Below, piece by piece: positions 51,662 through 61,139 of a stretch of 64,000 nucleotides of DNA (positions are counted from its first letter, which is position 1; each line of letters opens with the position of its first letter). The position numbers and the translations under genes were made by a program. Source of the stretch: a virus (Duplodnaviria > Caudoviricetes); the IMG/VR virus record IMGVR_UViG_2897081166_000001, positions 1 to 64,000 of that record; one strand, written 5' to 3'. The notes below the pieces were generated by a model. That model made no database searches and was not told where the DNA came from. It saw only the letters and a list, made by a program, of their open reading frames with translations.

Positions 51662-51765
51662 AGCAGCAACCCCGAAGCCCCCTCAGAACCGCATGGCTGG
51701 GTGACACCGCTGGCACAGCGCAGCCCCCGCCGGCGAACCAGGCGGGGGCTGCGGCGCGGGCGCGG

Positions 51766-52173
51766 TCAGCGGGGGAGCGCCTCGTCGAGGTACTCCTGCA
51801 CGGGCCCGAACAGCCCATACGGCACGTACTCCGGGATGTCGCCGTGTCCGATCCACGCCACCGCGGCGATCTCCTCCGCGTCCCCGACGATCGCGTCACC
51901 GGAGATCAGCTCGCACGCCACATACGTCATCGGCACCCCCGTCTGCGGGTGCACCCGGTCACCGAGGACCCGGACGGCCTTCACCTCCAGGCCCACCTCC
52001 TCCGCCGTCTCCCGCACCGCCGCCTGCTCCGGGGACTCCCCGGCCTCGATGCCGCCGCCGGGGAACGCCCACAGCAGCCTCCCCTCCCGCTGCTGCCGCC
52101 GGATCATCAACACCTTGCCGCCGTCGACGATGATCGCCGTGGAGACGGGGGGCTGCACACTCTGCTCGGTCAC
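51766..52173 (-). CDS. Nudix hydrolase
   Basis: Canonical box GGIEAGESPEQAAVRETAEEVG. Confidence 0.92.
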   Translation of the reverse strand: MTEQSVQPPVSTAIIVDGGKVLMIRRQQREGRLLWAFPGGGIEAGESPEQAAVRETAEEVGLEVKAVRVLGDRVHPQTGVPMTYVACELISGDAIVGDAEEIAAVAWIGHGDIPEYVPYGLFGPVQEYLDEALPR

Positions 52174-52808
52174 GCTGCCTCCAGGGCACTCAGGATCGGC
52201 GGGAAGATGTTCTCGGCGGGGATGAAACGGGTCAGGTTGGCGAGCGGCACCCAGGCGACGTCCATGTTCTCGACCGCGTCCAGGTTGGTGGCCTCGCCGG
52301 CGAGATAGTCGCAGAGCACGTAGCTGGCCAGCACTCCGGTTTTTGGGTGGACCCGGGTGCCGAGTTCCTCGCGGACTGCGACGTGCACCCCGGTCTCCGC
52401 GTGGGTTTCCTGCACCGCCACCGCGGCGGCGGCGGCGCCCGGCTTGCACATCCCGGCCGGAAACTGCCAGGTGAGCGCATCGTCGCCGCGCCGGCACACC
52501 AGGAGCACCTCGGTTCCGCGCAGCACCACGGCGATAGCGACCCGCAACGCCTGAGCCTCAGCCGGGGCAGATTCCTCGGGCGGGCGGGACAGAAGGGTGA
52601 AACGTCTACGCACGTGCTCGTTGGCCCTCTCGTAGGTGGTGTCGAGGGCCTGCTGCATCTCGGTGCGCGGCACGATCTCCGGGTTCCTGTGCCAGCCGGC
52701 GACCGTGCGAACCGCGACCCCGAGCTTCGCGGCGAAGCCCTCGTTCGTCATGCGGAGCGCGGCCTGCAAGGCGCAGGCGGTGCGGCCGGTCCACGTGGTG
52801 ACGTTCAC
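52170..52808 (-). CDS. XRE HTH-Nudix fusion
   Basis: WTGRTACALQAALRMTNEGFAAKLGVAVRTVAGW; degenerate box GMCKPG...VQETHAETG. Confidence 0.85.
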   Translation of the reverse strand: MNVTTWTGRTACALQAALRMTNEGFAAKLGVAVRTVAGWHRNPEIVPRTEMQQALDTTYERANEHVRRRFTLLSRPPEESAPAEAQALRVAIAVVLRGTEVLLVCRRGDDALTWQFPAGMCKPGAAAAAVAVQETHAETGVHVAVREELGTRVHPKTGVLASYVLCDYLAGEATNLDAVENMDVAWVPLANLTRFIPAENIFPPILSALEAA

Positions 52809-52972
52809 TATCCGGCTCCCCGGGTCGTGGCGCTGCGGTTCTGCATCACTGCTGCACTGCTACTGCACTAGGGGCCGATCCGGTGCACTGCCACCGCACT
52901 GGCGGTTCATGTTCCGGTAAGCCGGCCGCCGGTTGACTTGAGGGCATGACAGGGACTCCTCCCGATCGGAGC

Positions 52973-53200
52973 TCAGGCCTTTCGCTGCCGGTCGATCTCG
53001 TCGGCGATCTTCCGCGCCCACTCCCGGCTGTAGGGGGTGTGCTCCGCGATCGACGTCAACGGCACGCCGGCGGCGCGCGCGTCGGCGACGAGCTCGTCGA
53101 GCTGGCGGCGCGTCTTCTCGTGCGCCGAGCTGGCTCGGTCAAGCCGTCGCAGCCACGGCTGCCGTTCCTTCTCGTCGAGCCTCGCGGGCGTACCTGTCAT
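52973..53200 (-). CDS. Small coiled-coil plus HTH regulator (paralog B), divergent from the transfer operon
   Basis: DARAAGVPLTSIAEHTPYSREWARKI. Confidence 0.8.
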   Translation of the reverse strand: MTGTPARLDEKERQPWLRRLDRASSAHEKTRRQLDELVADARAAGVPLTSIAEHTPYSREWARKIADEIDRQRKA

Positions 53201-53223
53201 GTCCGGAATGGTCTCACGTTCTA

Positions 53224-53324
53224 CCGCCAACTGAATAGGCGCTCGCCGTCGAACTCTTAGTGCCAACTTAGTTGCACTCCCTGCTCTCGCTGTGCCACTA
53301 TCGAAGTGCCAAGAAAGTTGGCAG
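53224..53324. promoter_or_regulatory. Operator repeats in the divergent promoter
   Basis: GCCAACT; TGCCAACTTAGTTGCA; TGCCAAGAAAGTTGGCA. Confidence 0.65.
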
Positions 53325-53350
53325 TCACTCTCCGGAGGGAAGACCCCGCC

Positions 53351-54325
53351 ATGCCCAAGCTCGCCAGCGCGAACCGCAGCACCAACGACTACCCGATGTC
53401 GCAGGCGGACGTCGACGCCCACCGGGAGTCGACCTACTACCGCCGCCCGGCCCAGGTCTCCCAGGACTCTCCGATTCCGCCCGCGGATCCGGCTGCTCGC
53501 CGCCGGTTCATTGCGCAGCGGCAGTGGTGACCGGCCGTGTTCGGGTCTGCTGACCTGTGCCCCGCTGACCGTGACCTTCGTCTCCGCCTGGACCGCATCA
53601 AGCGGGACGCGGAGGACGCCGAGGCCGCCCGGTTGAAGCGCGAGGCCGCCGAGAAGGCGCGCACCACCCACTGACCGCCGCTCCTGCCCGGTGTCACCCC
53701 CCGTCCCGGGCGGGAGCGGCTTCCCACCCCGCTTTTTCACCCCACCACCCAAACCGAAGGGCACTCCCATGTCTCCGTTCGTTTCCTCCGTGACCAGCCT
53801 CCTCTCCGCCGACCTCGCCACGGTGTCCGCCGAGATCCACAACCTGCGGGCGGCGCTCCTCACCTCCGACGTGCAGGTCACGTGGGAGGAGGCGGAGGGC
53901 CTGACGCCGGGGGAGATCGTCACCCGGTACGTGGCGGCCCGCGGTGACCACGGCACCCAGCACTGGCTGCGGGGCCTGGCCGCCGAGCACGACGCCGGGC
54001 AGCCGTTCGGGCCGCGGCTCGTGGACGAGCTCGACCAGCTCGACGGGCCCACCGAGATGGCCGCCGCCTGACCCCCGGCCTGCCCTGTCGCCCCCAACCC
54101 AGGGTTGGTGGCGGCGGAGTGGCCCGGATTCACCCGGACCCGAACTCCAGGAGAGACACCATGGCCCGCAAGATCACCGAGTCCTTCATTCCCTGTGCCC
54201 CCCGCCCCCGGTTCACCGTCGAGGGCGCCCACCCGTGGGACCACCACTCCACCCGGGAGGACGCCGAGAAGCAGGCCGCCGAACTCGACGCAAAGGACGC
54301 CGCCGAGGCGGAGAGGCAGCGTTGA
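53351..54325 (+). CDS. Small leader genes of the transfer operon (53351-53530, 53769-54071, 54161-54325)
   Basis: RBS motifs and codon bias. Confidence 0.55.
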
Positions 54326-54705
54326 TGCCCGCCGTCACGATCGTGTCGTTCGGGTTCCTGCACGGTGACCCGCCGCCCGCACACCTGGTCGTTGACCTGA
54401 GGCAGCACTTCCGGGACCCGCACGTGTCCCCTGAGCTGCGGTACATGACCGCCCTGGACGAGCCGGTACAGCAGGCGGTGCTCGGCACCCCCGGCATCAC
54501 CGGGCTCGTCGAGGCGGTCGCCGCGGCGGTGGACGCGTTCACCGCGGGCCCCAGCGCCGGGCCGGTGACTGTGGCCGATGGGTGTGCGGGCGGCCGACAC
54601 AGGGCCCCCGTTTTCGCCCAGGCCCTTGCCGACCAGCTCACCGCCGCCGGGCACACCGTCACCGTTCAGCACCGCGACCTGCACCGACCCGTCGTCAACC
54701 GATAG
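54325..54705 (+). CDS. RapZ C-terminal-domain protein
   Basis: IVSFGFLHG, DLR.HFRDP, GCAGGRHR, HRDL. Confidence 0.85.
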   Translation: MPAVTIVSFGFLHGDPPPAHLVVDLRQHFRDPHVSPELRYMTALDEPVQQAVLGTPGITGLVEAVAAAVDAFTAGPSAGPVTVADGCAGGRHRAPVFAQALADQLTAAGHTVTVQHRDLHRPVVNR

Positions 54706-54719
54706 AGGAGAACGAACCC

Positions 54720-54923
54720 ATGAGCGACCAGCCCACCGCGCAGACCGTCGGCACCCACGCCCTGGCCAAGGCCGTTGAGTACGCCGACAAGGCCCACGCC
54801 CACACCGTCAGCGCCTACGGGGAGCGGGCGTTCAACGAGGCGAAGGTCGCCGAGAACATCCGCTTCGCCCAGCTCTACGCCGACATCGCCAAGGCCGCCG
54901 GCCTCCTCGCGAACAACACCTGA
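54720..54923 (+). CDS. Small hypothetical protein
   Basis: GAGGAG RBS; MSDQPTAQ. Confidence 0.6.
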   Translation: MSDQPTAQTVGTHALAKAVEYADKAHAHTVSAYGERAFNEAKVAENIRFAQLYADIAKAAGLLANNT

Positions 54924-54943
54924 CCAGGAAGGACACCGCCCCC

Positions 54944-56299
54944 GTGACGACCAGCCCGCCCCAGGTGAACGGCCACCGCAGCCGGATCCCCGTGATCACG
55001 GACTGGCAGACGCTCCTAGCGCCTGCCGAGGAGCCGGCCGTCACCACCACCCCCGAACCCGACCCGGTCGCCCCTGCGGTCGACCTCGTGGCCCAGGCGA
55101 AGGCTGACGCGATCCGCACCAAGGCCTACGCCGACGCCGAAGAGCAGCGCATCCGCGCCGAGGCCGAGGCCAAGGCCGCCGAGCTCAAGGCTGCCGAGGA
55201 AGCCCGGAAGCTGAAGCTCGCCAACGACAAAGCCGCAGCCCGCGCCCTTGAGGAGCAGGCCGCGCGGGACGCCCGGATCGCCGAGTCCGAGCGGAAGCGG
55301 GCCGAGGCCGAGCGCGGCCAGCAGGAAGACGAGCGCGCCCACCAGGAGCAGCAGCAGACCGCCGCCGCTGCCGAGGCCGACGTTGCCAAGGCGGCCAAGA
55401 CGTGGCGCAGGTACGCGATCTTCTTCTACACCGTCTGCGCGGTCGTCGCCCTGCCGGTCCAGATCGCCGCGTTCTGGGACCGCGACGCACCCTGGCTCGT
55501 CATCGCCCCGCTCATGCTCGAAGGCGCCGCCCTGGTCGTCACCAAGGGTGCCGCTGCAGCCGTCGCCGCCGGGCGCCCGCACTGGCACTACCGCACCGTC
55601 GCCTGGGCGTTCGCGTTCATCGCCGCCGGGATCAACCTCAAGCACGGGCTCGACGCTTTCGACCCCGCCACCGCGATCGGCACCGCGTTCGCCTCACTCG
55701 CCGGCCCCGGAGTGTGGGACCTCCACGAGCACGGTCGGATCCGCCGACGTGATGGTGTGCCCACCCGGCGGGAGCGGCGCGCGGCCAAGAAGACGGCCGA
55801 GCGGGAAGCCGCCGAGCAGACCCAGGCGCGCCTGGTCGAAGCCGAGCGGCAGGCCCACCTGGAGAACGCCGCACGGAACGCCGCCGAACGCCTGGACGCC
55901 GACCGCAAGCAGATGTTCCCGAGAGTCCACGAGCACGCCCTGAAGCTCGCTGCGGACCTCGGCGAGACGGCCATCACCCCGGCCATTTGGAAGCAGGCGA
56001 AGCTCGACGTCGACGGTGCGCTGCCGGGGGAGTCCGACGAGATCCTCCGCATGCGGAACACGGCTGCGGCGAAGGTCGAAGCGGCCCGCCTCAACAAGCC
56101 CGTCAGCACCCTCAGCAAGACCACGAACGCGCAGCGTGCCGCCCATCTCCCCCCTGCCTCCACCAAGCCCCGCCCGAAGCCGATTCCGCCCCGCCGCACC
56201 CGCGGCGACAGCACCCCGTTTCACCCCGCCGCGAAGCGTCTCGCAGCCGACACCGCACGCCGCTCCATGACTGTCCGAATCAACGCCGAGGAGAACTGA
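54944..56299 (+). CDS. DUF2637/Spd-like membrane spread protein
   Basis: Coiled coil, about four TM helices, basic tail; upstream of tra genes. Confidence 0.65.
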   Translation: MTTSPPQVNGHRSRIPVITDWQTLLAPAEEPAVTTTPEPDPVAPAVDLVAQAKADAIRTKAYADAEEQRIRAEAEAKAAELKAAEEARKLKLANDKAAARALEEQAARDARIAESERKRAEAERGQQEDERAHQEQQQTAAAAEADVAKAAKTWRRYAIFFYTVCAVVALPVQIAAFWDRDAPWLVIAPLMLEGAALVVTKGAAAAVAAGRPHWHYRTVAWAFAFIAAGINLKHGLDAFDPATAIGTAFASLAGPGVWDLHEHGRIRRRDGVPTRRERRAAKKTAEREAAEQTQARLVEAERQAHLENAARNAAERLDADRKQMFPRVHEHALKLAADLGETAITPAIWKQAKLDVDGALPGESDEILRMRNTAAAKVEAARLNKPVSTLSKTTNAQRAAHLPPASTKPRPKPIPPRRTRGDSTPFHPAAKRLAADTARRSMTVRINAEEN

Positions 56300-56883
56300 T
56301 GAACACCCCCTCCGAGCAGGTCCGCAACTTCGCCCAGCATCAGGCAGACCAGCCCTTCACTGCCCCGCCCCGACCCCGCACCGCCCCCTCGAACGACGTC
56401 CACCCGGGCGGCGTGAACAACTCGACGAACCGCACCGGAGGCGCGTTCGCCCCGTCCCTCGGCCTCTCCGTCAACAAGACCACCGTCGTCAACGGCGCCT
56501 CCGGCGGAACCCGTGGCCCGGGACGTGGTGCCGGCGGGAAGGTCCCCGGGTCCGACTTCATGTCCAACGAGGACATCCGCGCGTTCTGCGAGTACCTGCG
56601 GAAGGACTCCCGGAACCGGGCCACCGAGCGGGCCATGGACGCCGACCACCTCGAAGCCGTCCTCCGCACCATCCCCGACGCCAGCGGCAACCTCCACGGA
56701 TCCCGCGCCCGCGCCCGACGGGTGTCCCGCTGGCTGAGGAAGGTTGCCGCCGCCGAGAAGGCCATCCAGAAGTACTCGGCGATGGTGTACGGCACGTTCG
56801 AGCGGGAGTACGAGTCCGACCTGCGGAAGGTCGGCAAGGGCCGCCACCAGCCCCCGCGCGCCACCAAGTTCGGCTGGCGCTAA
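56299..56883 (+). CDS. TraA-like plasmid transfer protein
   Basis: F.S.EDIRAFCE..R, SRARARRVSR.L pattern; immediately upstream of traB. Confidence 0.65.
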   Translation: MNTPSEQVRNFAQHQADQPFTAPPRPRTAPSNDVHPGGVNNSTNRTGGAFAPSLGLSVNKTTVVNGASGGTRGPGRGAGGKVPGSDFMSNEDIRAFCEYLRKDSRNRATERAMDADHLEAVLRTIPDASGNLHGSRARARRVSRWLRKVAAAEKAIQKYSAMVYGTFEREYESDLRKVGKGRHQPPRATKFGWR

Positions 56884-56915
56884 CCCCCCGACCACCACCT
56901 CCCCTGGAGCCCACT

Positions 56916-57140
56916 GTGAAGCAGACCTGGACCGCCACCACGATCGCCGAAGCCATCAACATCCTCGACGCCGCGACGAAGCAGCTCGAAGCGCAGGCCC
57001 TGGCCCTGGAACCCGGCGGCTTCCACGAGCGCAAGGAAGCCGAACGCCAGACCCCCATCCACCTCGCCATCGAGTTCGACCTCACCGACCTCATCCGGCG
57101 GATCACCGACAAGCACCAGGCCCGAGCCCTTAACGGCTGA
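56916..57140 (+). CDS. Small hypothetical protein
   Basis: ORF between the traA-like gene and traB. Confidence 0.55.
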   Translation: MKQTWTATTIAEAINILDAATKQLEAQALALEPGGFHERKEAERQTPIHLAIEFDLTDLIRRITDKHQARALNG

Positions 57141-57168
57141 CCACCCCACCTGATCAGGAGCTATCCCC

Positions 57169-59172
57169 GTGGCTGACAGCCAGAAGGCCGACCTGTGGAA
57201 GGCCATCAAGCACCCCCGCATGAGGCCCTGGCTGACAGTCGCCGCCGAGGTCCCCGCCACCTTCGCCTCCCACCACTATTGGGGCGACTCCGTACCCGCC
57301 GCGATCGGCCTCACCGTCGCCGCAGGAGTACTCACCGCCGCAACATGGTGGGCAGGCGAGGGGACACGGCCCGGCCGGCGTATCCACGCCACCCTGTCCA
57401 CCGGCCTCGGCACCTCCTACCTCGTCGTCGGCACCGCCGTCGGCCCGTTCGACCCGGCGCTCGCCTCCACCCTCGTCATCGGCGGCGCCGTCGCCGCCGG
57501 GTCGTGGAACATCCGCCAAGCCCTCCGCGTCAACGTCGACCCGCAGAAGGAAGGCGGCAACGCCGAGACCGGTGTCCTCGTCAAGGCCATTGGTGACGCC
57601 AAGGTCGCCCTCCGCGGCAAGCCGAAGGTCGAACCCAACAAGGTCACCGTGCCCCTCCAACTGGCCGCCGGGCAGGTTACCTCCGACGACCTCGGCAACC
57701 GCATCAAGCACATCGCCGGCGAACTCGGTGTCTCCCCGACCAGCATCCGCGTCATCCCCGACCCCGACGACGCCGCCCGCGCCACCCTCGTCGTCGTCCC
57801 CAAGGACGAACTCAAAACCAGCACCATCTGGCCCGGCCCGTCCAACCCCGGCGGCAGCATCACCGACCCGATCGCCATCGGGATCTACGAGGACGGCGAA
57901 GTGGCGGTGCTGTGGTTCCCCTTCGACTCCCAGTCCAGGCGGAACGCCACGCACTTCCTGGCCGCCGGGATGAACGGCTCCGCCAAGTCCACCGGCATCA
58001 GCGTCGCCATGGCGGAAGTGCTGACCAAGCCCGACGCCATCGTCTGGGCGGTCGACCCCTCCAAGGGGCAGCAGACGTTCGCCCCGTTCCTGCCGTACCT
58101 CGACTGGGTCGAGATGACCGAAGCCGGGGGTAACGAGATGATTGACGCCCTGCCGCAGGTCATCACCGCCCGCGCGAACGAGCTCGGCCGCCACGGCTTC
58201 AAGAACTGGACTCCGCAGGCCCACGATCAGCTCGGCATGCCGTACATGATCGTGTGGATCGAGGAAGCGGCCAAGTTCTTCCGCAACGGCACCGAAATGG
58301 AAGGCCTCGTCATGGAGGCCCGGTCCGCCGGGATCAGCGTCATCATCAGCCTCCAACGCCCCTCCGCCACCAGCATGCCCACCGACGTCCGCGAGCAGCT
58401 CGGCGGCGTCCTCTGCTTCGGCGTCAAAGGCTCCACCACCGCCGACATGGCCCTCCCCGACGACGTCCGCGACGCCGGCGCCCGCCCCGAAGCCTGGGAA
58501 AACCGCAAACCCGGCTACGCCTACCTCGTCGCCCCCGGCGTCGACGAAGACCGCTACGCCACCCCCCTGCGCACCTACCTCATCGACGACGACCAGATCA
58601 CCGGGGCCCTCGCCATCCTGCCCCGCACCCCCATCGACCCCGTCACCGCCGCAGCAGCCGGTGACGCCTACGCCAACCGCACCCGATACGACGCTGACAC
58701 CCCGCTGACCAGCGGTGACAGCCCACGACAGGAGACCGTCACCATGACCAAGGACGACGCCCAGGCCGCCGAGAAGGCGCTACTGGAGAAGCAAGTCGAC
58801 CGCGAGATCGACGCCATGGTCGGCGACGACCCCGACAACGACGGGTTCGTACCCGACGTCGACGCCGACCAGGAGATCGCCCCGGTGAGCGAAGTGTGGT
58901 CGTTCGGGCAGGCCCAAGCCCCCGTCGAGGAGAAAACGCCGGAGGCCGGCATGGACGCGCTGATGGTGATGCTCGCCGAGTTCCGGGCGGAAGAGCGGGA
59001 GTTCATCGGCCCGAAAGACTTCGGCCCGTTCGGGAAGGGGCAGCGCATCGGAAGGTCCCGTTCCTGGGTGTCAATGGCTCTCGGGGACCTGTCAGATGCC
59101 GGGATTCACCTCCAGGAGACGGAGCAGGCGGGGGTCTATCGGCTGCTGTACCCGGAGCTGGCGGAGGTCTAG
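57169..59172 (+). CDS. traB: TraB-like FtsK/SpoIIIE conjugal DNA translocase
   Basis: N-terminal TM helices; Walker A GMNGSAKS; Walker B IVWIEEA; ARSAGI...SLQRP; C-terminal winged helix. Confidence 0.85.
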   Translation: MADSQKADLWKAIKHPRMRPWLTVAAEVPATFASHHYWGDSVPAAIGLTVAAGVLTAATWWAGEGTRPGRRIHATLSTGLGTSYLVVGTAVGPFDPALASTLVIGGAVAAGSWNIRQALRVNVDPQKEGGNAETGVLVKAIGDAKVALRGKPKVEPNKVTVPLQLAAGQVTSDDLGNRIKHIAGELGVSPTSIRVIPDPDDAARATLVVVPKDELKTSTIWPGPSNPGGSITDPIAIGIYEDGEVAVLWFPFDSQSRRNATHFLAAGMNGSAKSTGISVAMAEVLTKPDAIVWAVDPSKGQQTFAPFLPYLDWVEMTEAGGNEMIDALPQVITARANELGRHGFKNWTPQAHDQLGMPYMIVWIEEAAKFFRNGTEMEGLVMEARSAGISVIISLQRPSATSMPTDVREQLGGVLCFGVKGSTTADMALPDDVRDAGARPEAWENRKPGYAYLVAPGVDEDRYATPLRTYLIDDDQITGALAILPRTPIDPVTAAAAGDAYANRTRYDADTPLTSGDSPRQETVTMTKDDAQAAEKALLEKQVDREIDAMVGDDPDNDGFVPDVDADQEIAPVSEVWSFGQAQAPVEEKTPEAGMDALMVMLAEFRAEEREFIGPKDFGPFGKGQRIGRSRSWVSMALGDLSDAGIHLQETEQAGVYRLLYPELAEV

Positions 59173-59178
59173 GGGGCG

Positions 59179-59350
59179 GGGGTGTCAGCGCTGACACCCC
59201 TCCTGACCTGCGGTGACATCAGATTCACACCAGATTTTCTTGATCAGCTGTCAAGACGGGTGTGAATCAGGGGTGTCACCGCCCCTGGCGGCTCGATCTC
59301 TATAGGTCATGCGCGTGCGCGCGCGTGACTGACGGCGGACTGACATCACC
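59179..59350. repeat. clt-like repeat/palindrome cluster
   Basis: GGGGTGTCAGCGCTGACACCCC; GATTCACACC...GGTGTGAATC; repeated TGACA/TGTCA. Confidence 0.55.
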
Positions 59351-59379
59351 GGATTTCCAACCAACCCAAAAGCTAGGAA

Positions 59380-60219
59380 ATGGTTCAAATGGTGCAACTC
59401 TTTGGTCTGTCGTCGGGCGTGCCGCGATGCGTTGCCGCGACGAGCGAGAGCCCCTGCCGTGAAGCTGCCGCCATCGCCACTCCGGTGGCGCTGTGCGAGA
59501 CACACCGGCTGAGGATCGCGCTCGACCTCACCCCAGAGGTGCTTGGCCGCGCCTTGGTACGCCGAGCCACTCCTCCCGCCCCAGGCAGGCCGGCACCGCG
59601 GAGCATGGCGAGCATTGCCACCTCAGCCCAGCCGGCAGAGTTCATCGGAGGCATAGCGGCCGGGCGGCATGCACCCGTTGTCTACTTTCTGCTGAACGGC
59701 AGTCGAGTAAAGATCGGCTACACCCGGTCCTTGGTCACGCGCCTTCGAGCGCTTGCCCTTGGAGAATCGGCGGTTGTCCTGCTTCTCAGCGGCGGTCGAC
59801 AACTTGAGAGCGCCCTGCATGCAGAGTTCGCGGCGACCAGGGTCAAGGGCACCGAGTGGTTCGAGATCACCGCGCCGCTCCTGCGCTACATCGGCGGCAG
59901 GCTTGCGCGCCCCGCCGTCGCCATCCAGCCGGACCTGGACCTGGATCGGGACGAGCCCCGTGAGCCGCAGGACGTACCGGCGCGGCCCCGCATGTCCGAA
60001 GCGCGCCAGGCGTTGCTGAGCCTCGTGAAGCAGGCCAAGGCAGAGGGGTGGGACCACATAGGGCCCCGTCACGTCTGGGGGCAGCATCGGCACACCCTGC
60101 GCCGGAGCCGACCGTGGGTGAGCGCTGAACTTGCACGACTAGCTGATGAAGGCGTTCTTTGCCGCACAGACGAAGCAGGCGTCTACACCTTCCGCGACGA
60201 CGATTTGGAGACAGCATGA
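59380..60219 (+). CDS. GIY-YIG/T5orf172-like nuclease fused to a TraB-like winged helix
   Basis: VVYF...VKIGYT..L..RL..L...E..LH..F...R..GTEWF; C-terminal RSRPWVSAELARLADEG...EAGVY. Confidence 0.7.
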   Translation: MVQMVQLFGLSSGVPRCVAATSESPCREAAAIATPVALCETHRLRIALDLTPEVLGRALVRRATPPAPGRPAPRSMASIATSAQPAEFIGGIAAGRHAPVVYFLLNGSRVKIGYTRSLVTRLRALALGESAVVLLLSGGRQLESALHAEFAATRVKGTEWFEITAPLLRYIGGRLARPAVAIQPDLDLDRDEPREPQDVPARPRMSEARQALLSLVKQAKAEGWDHIGPRHVWGQHRHTLRRSRPWVSAELARLADEGVLCRTDEAGVYTFRDDDLETA

Positions 60220-60647
60220 AAAGCCCCGAAACGGACGGAGGTCGGGCCAAGGTACTTGCTGCAGCACTCCGCACCTGGACCACCGTCGACAACGACCCCG
60301 AACCCCCTGTCGCACGCCTGGAAATCCGCTACCCACCCCACTGGGCGTTCACCTCCACCAACCCCATCACCGCAAGGCAACAGAAGCGGCTCCTCGCGTT
60401 CCTCCGTGACGACCTCGCCGAGAACCGGCCCGGATACTCCACCCCTGAACGCGCCGCCGCGATCATCCACGGGCTCATCACCGAACACGCCGCCGCCGGC
60501 CGCACCCGCATCACCACCGCGGACCTCGCCGAAGCCGCACCCCGGATCGGCCGGTCCCGTACCTGGATCGCCGCCCACGTCACCGACCTCATCGACGGCG
60601 GTGTGCTTCGCGAGACAAGACGCCCCGACACCTTCCGCATCAACTAG
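60216..60647 (+). CDS. Protein with TraB-like winged helix
   Basis: RIGRSRTWIAAHVTDLIDGGVLRET. Confidence 0.65.
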   Translation: MKSPETDGGRAKVLAAALRTWTTVDNDPEPPVARLEIRYPPHWAFTSTNPITARQQKRLLAFLRDDLAENRPGYSTPERAAAIIHGLITEHAAAGRTRITTADLAEAAPRIGRSRTWIAAHVTDLIDGGVLRETRRPDTFRIN

Positions 60648-60656
60648 GAGACCACC

Positions 60657-61139
60657 GTGCAGCTGCCCGAGCAGCCCGTTGCCGGGCAGCCCGATCCCAC
60701 CGACCGCGCCGAAGTCCGCAAGCTCGCCCACGCCGTCGAGACCGTCCTCCTGGAGGAAATGGCCACCTACCACCGCGACACCACCCCGCTCCCCGCGGTG
60801 GGTGCTGCACCGCCTGTGCCGCAGCCAGGTCAGCCCCCGATGTCGCAGTGGGCGACCGACGCCAGCGGGGTCCTCAAGGCTGTGTCCGTGGCGTCCCTGC
60901 CGATCGGCGGGGCCCTGTGGATCGTCGGCCAGGTCGACCCGCTGACCTTGGGCATCATCCTCGGCTCGCCGGCCGCTGTTGCCTTGGCTGTGGCCCGACT
61001 CGTCGCGAAGGTCAAGGACGCCAACCAGGCTGTACCGCAGCCGGTCACCAACCACTTCCACGGCACCGTCCACCACGACGAGCGCATCGTCACCAGCACC
61101 ACCCGCGGCCTCATCGCGAACAACCGGAACCGAAACTGA
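60657..61139 (+). CDS. Two-TM membrane protein (Spd-like)
   Basis: PPVPQPG.PPMSQWATD followed by two hydrophobic helices. Confidence 0.65.
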   Translation: MQLPEQPVAGQPDPTDRAEVRKLAHAVETVLLEEMATYHRDTTPLPAVGAAPPVPQPGQPPMSQWATDASGVLKAVSVASLPIGGALWIVGQVDPLTLGIILGSPAAVALAVARLVAKVKDANQAVPQPVTNHFHGTVHHDERIVTSTTRGLIANNRNRN

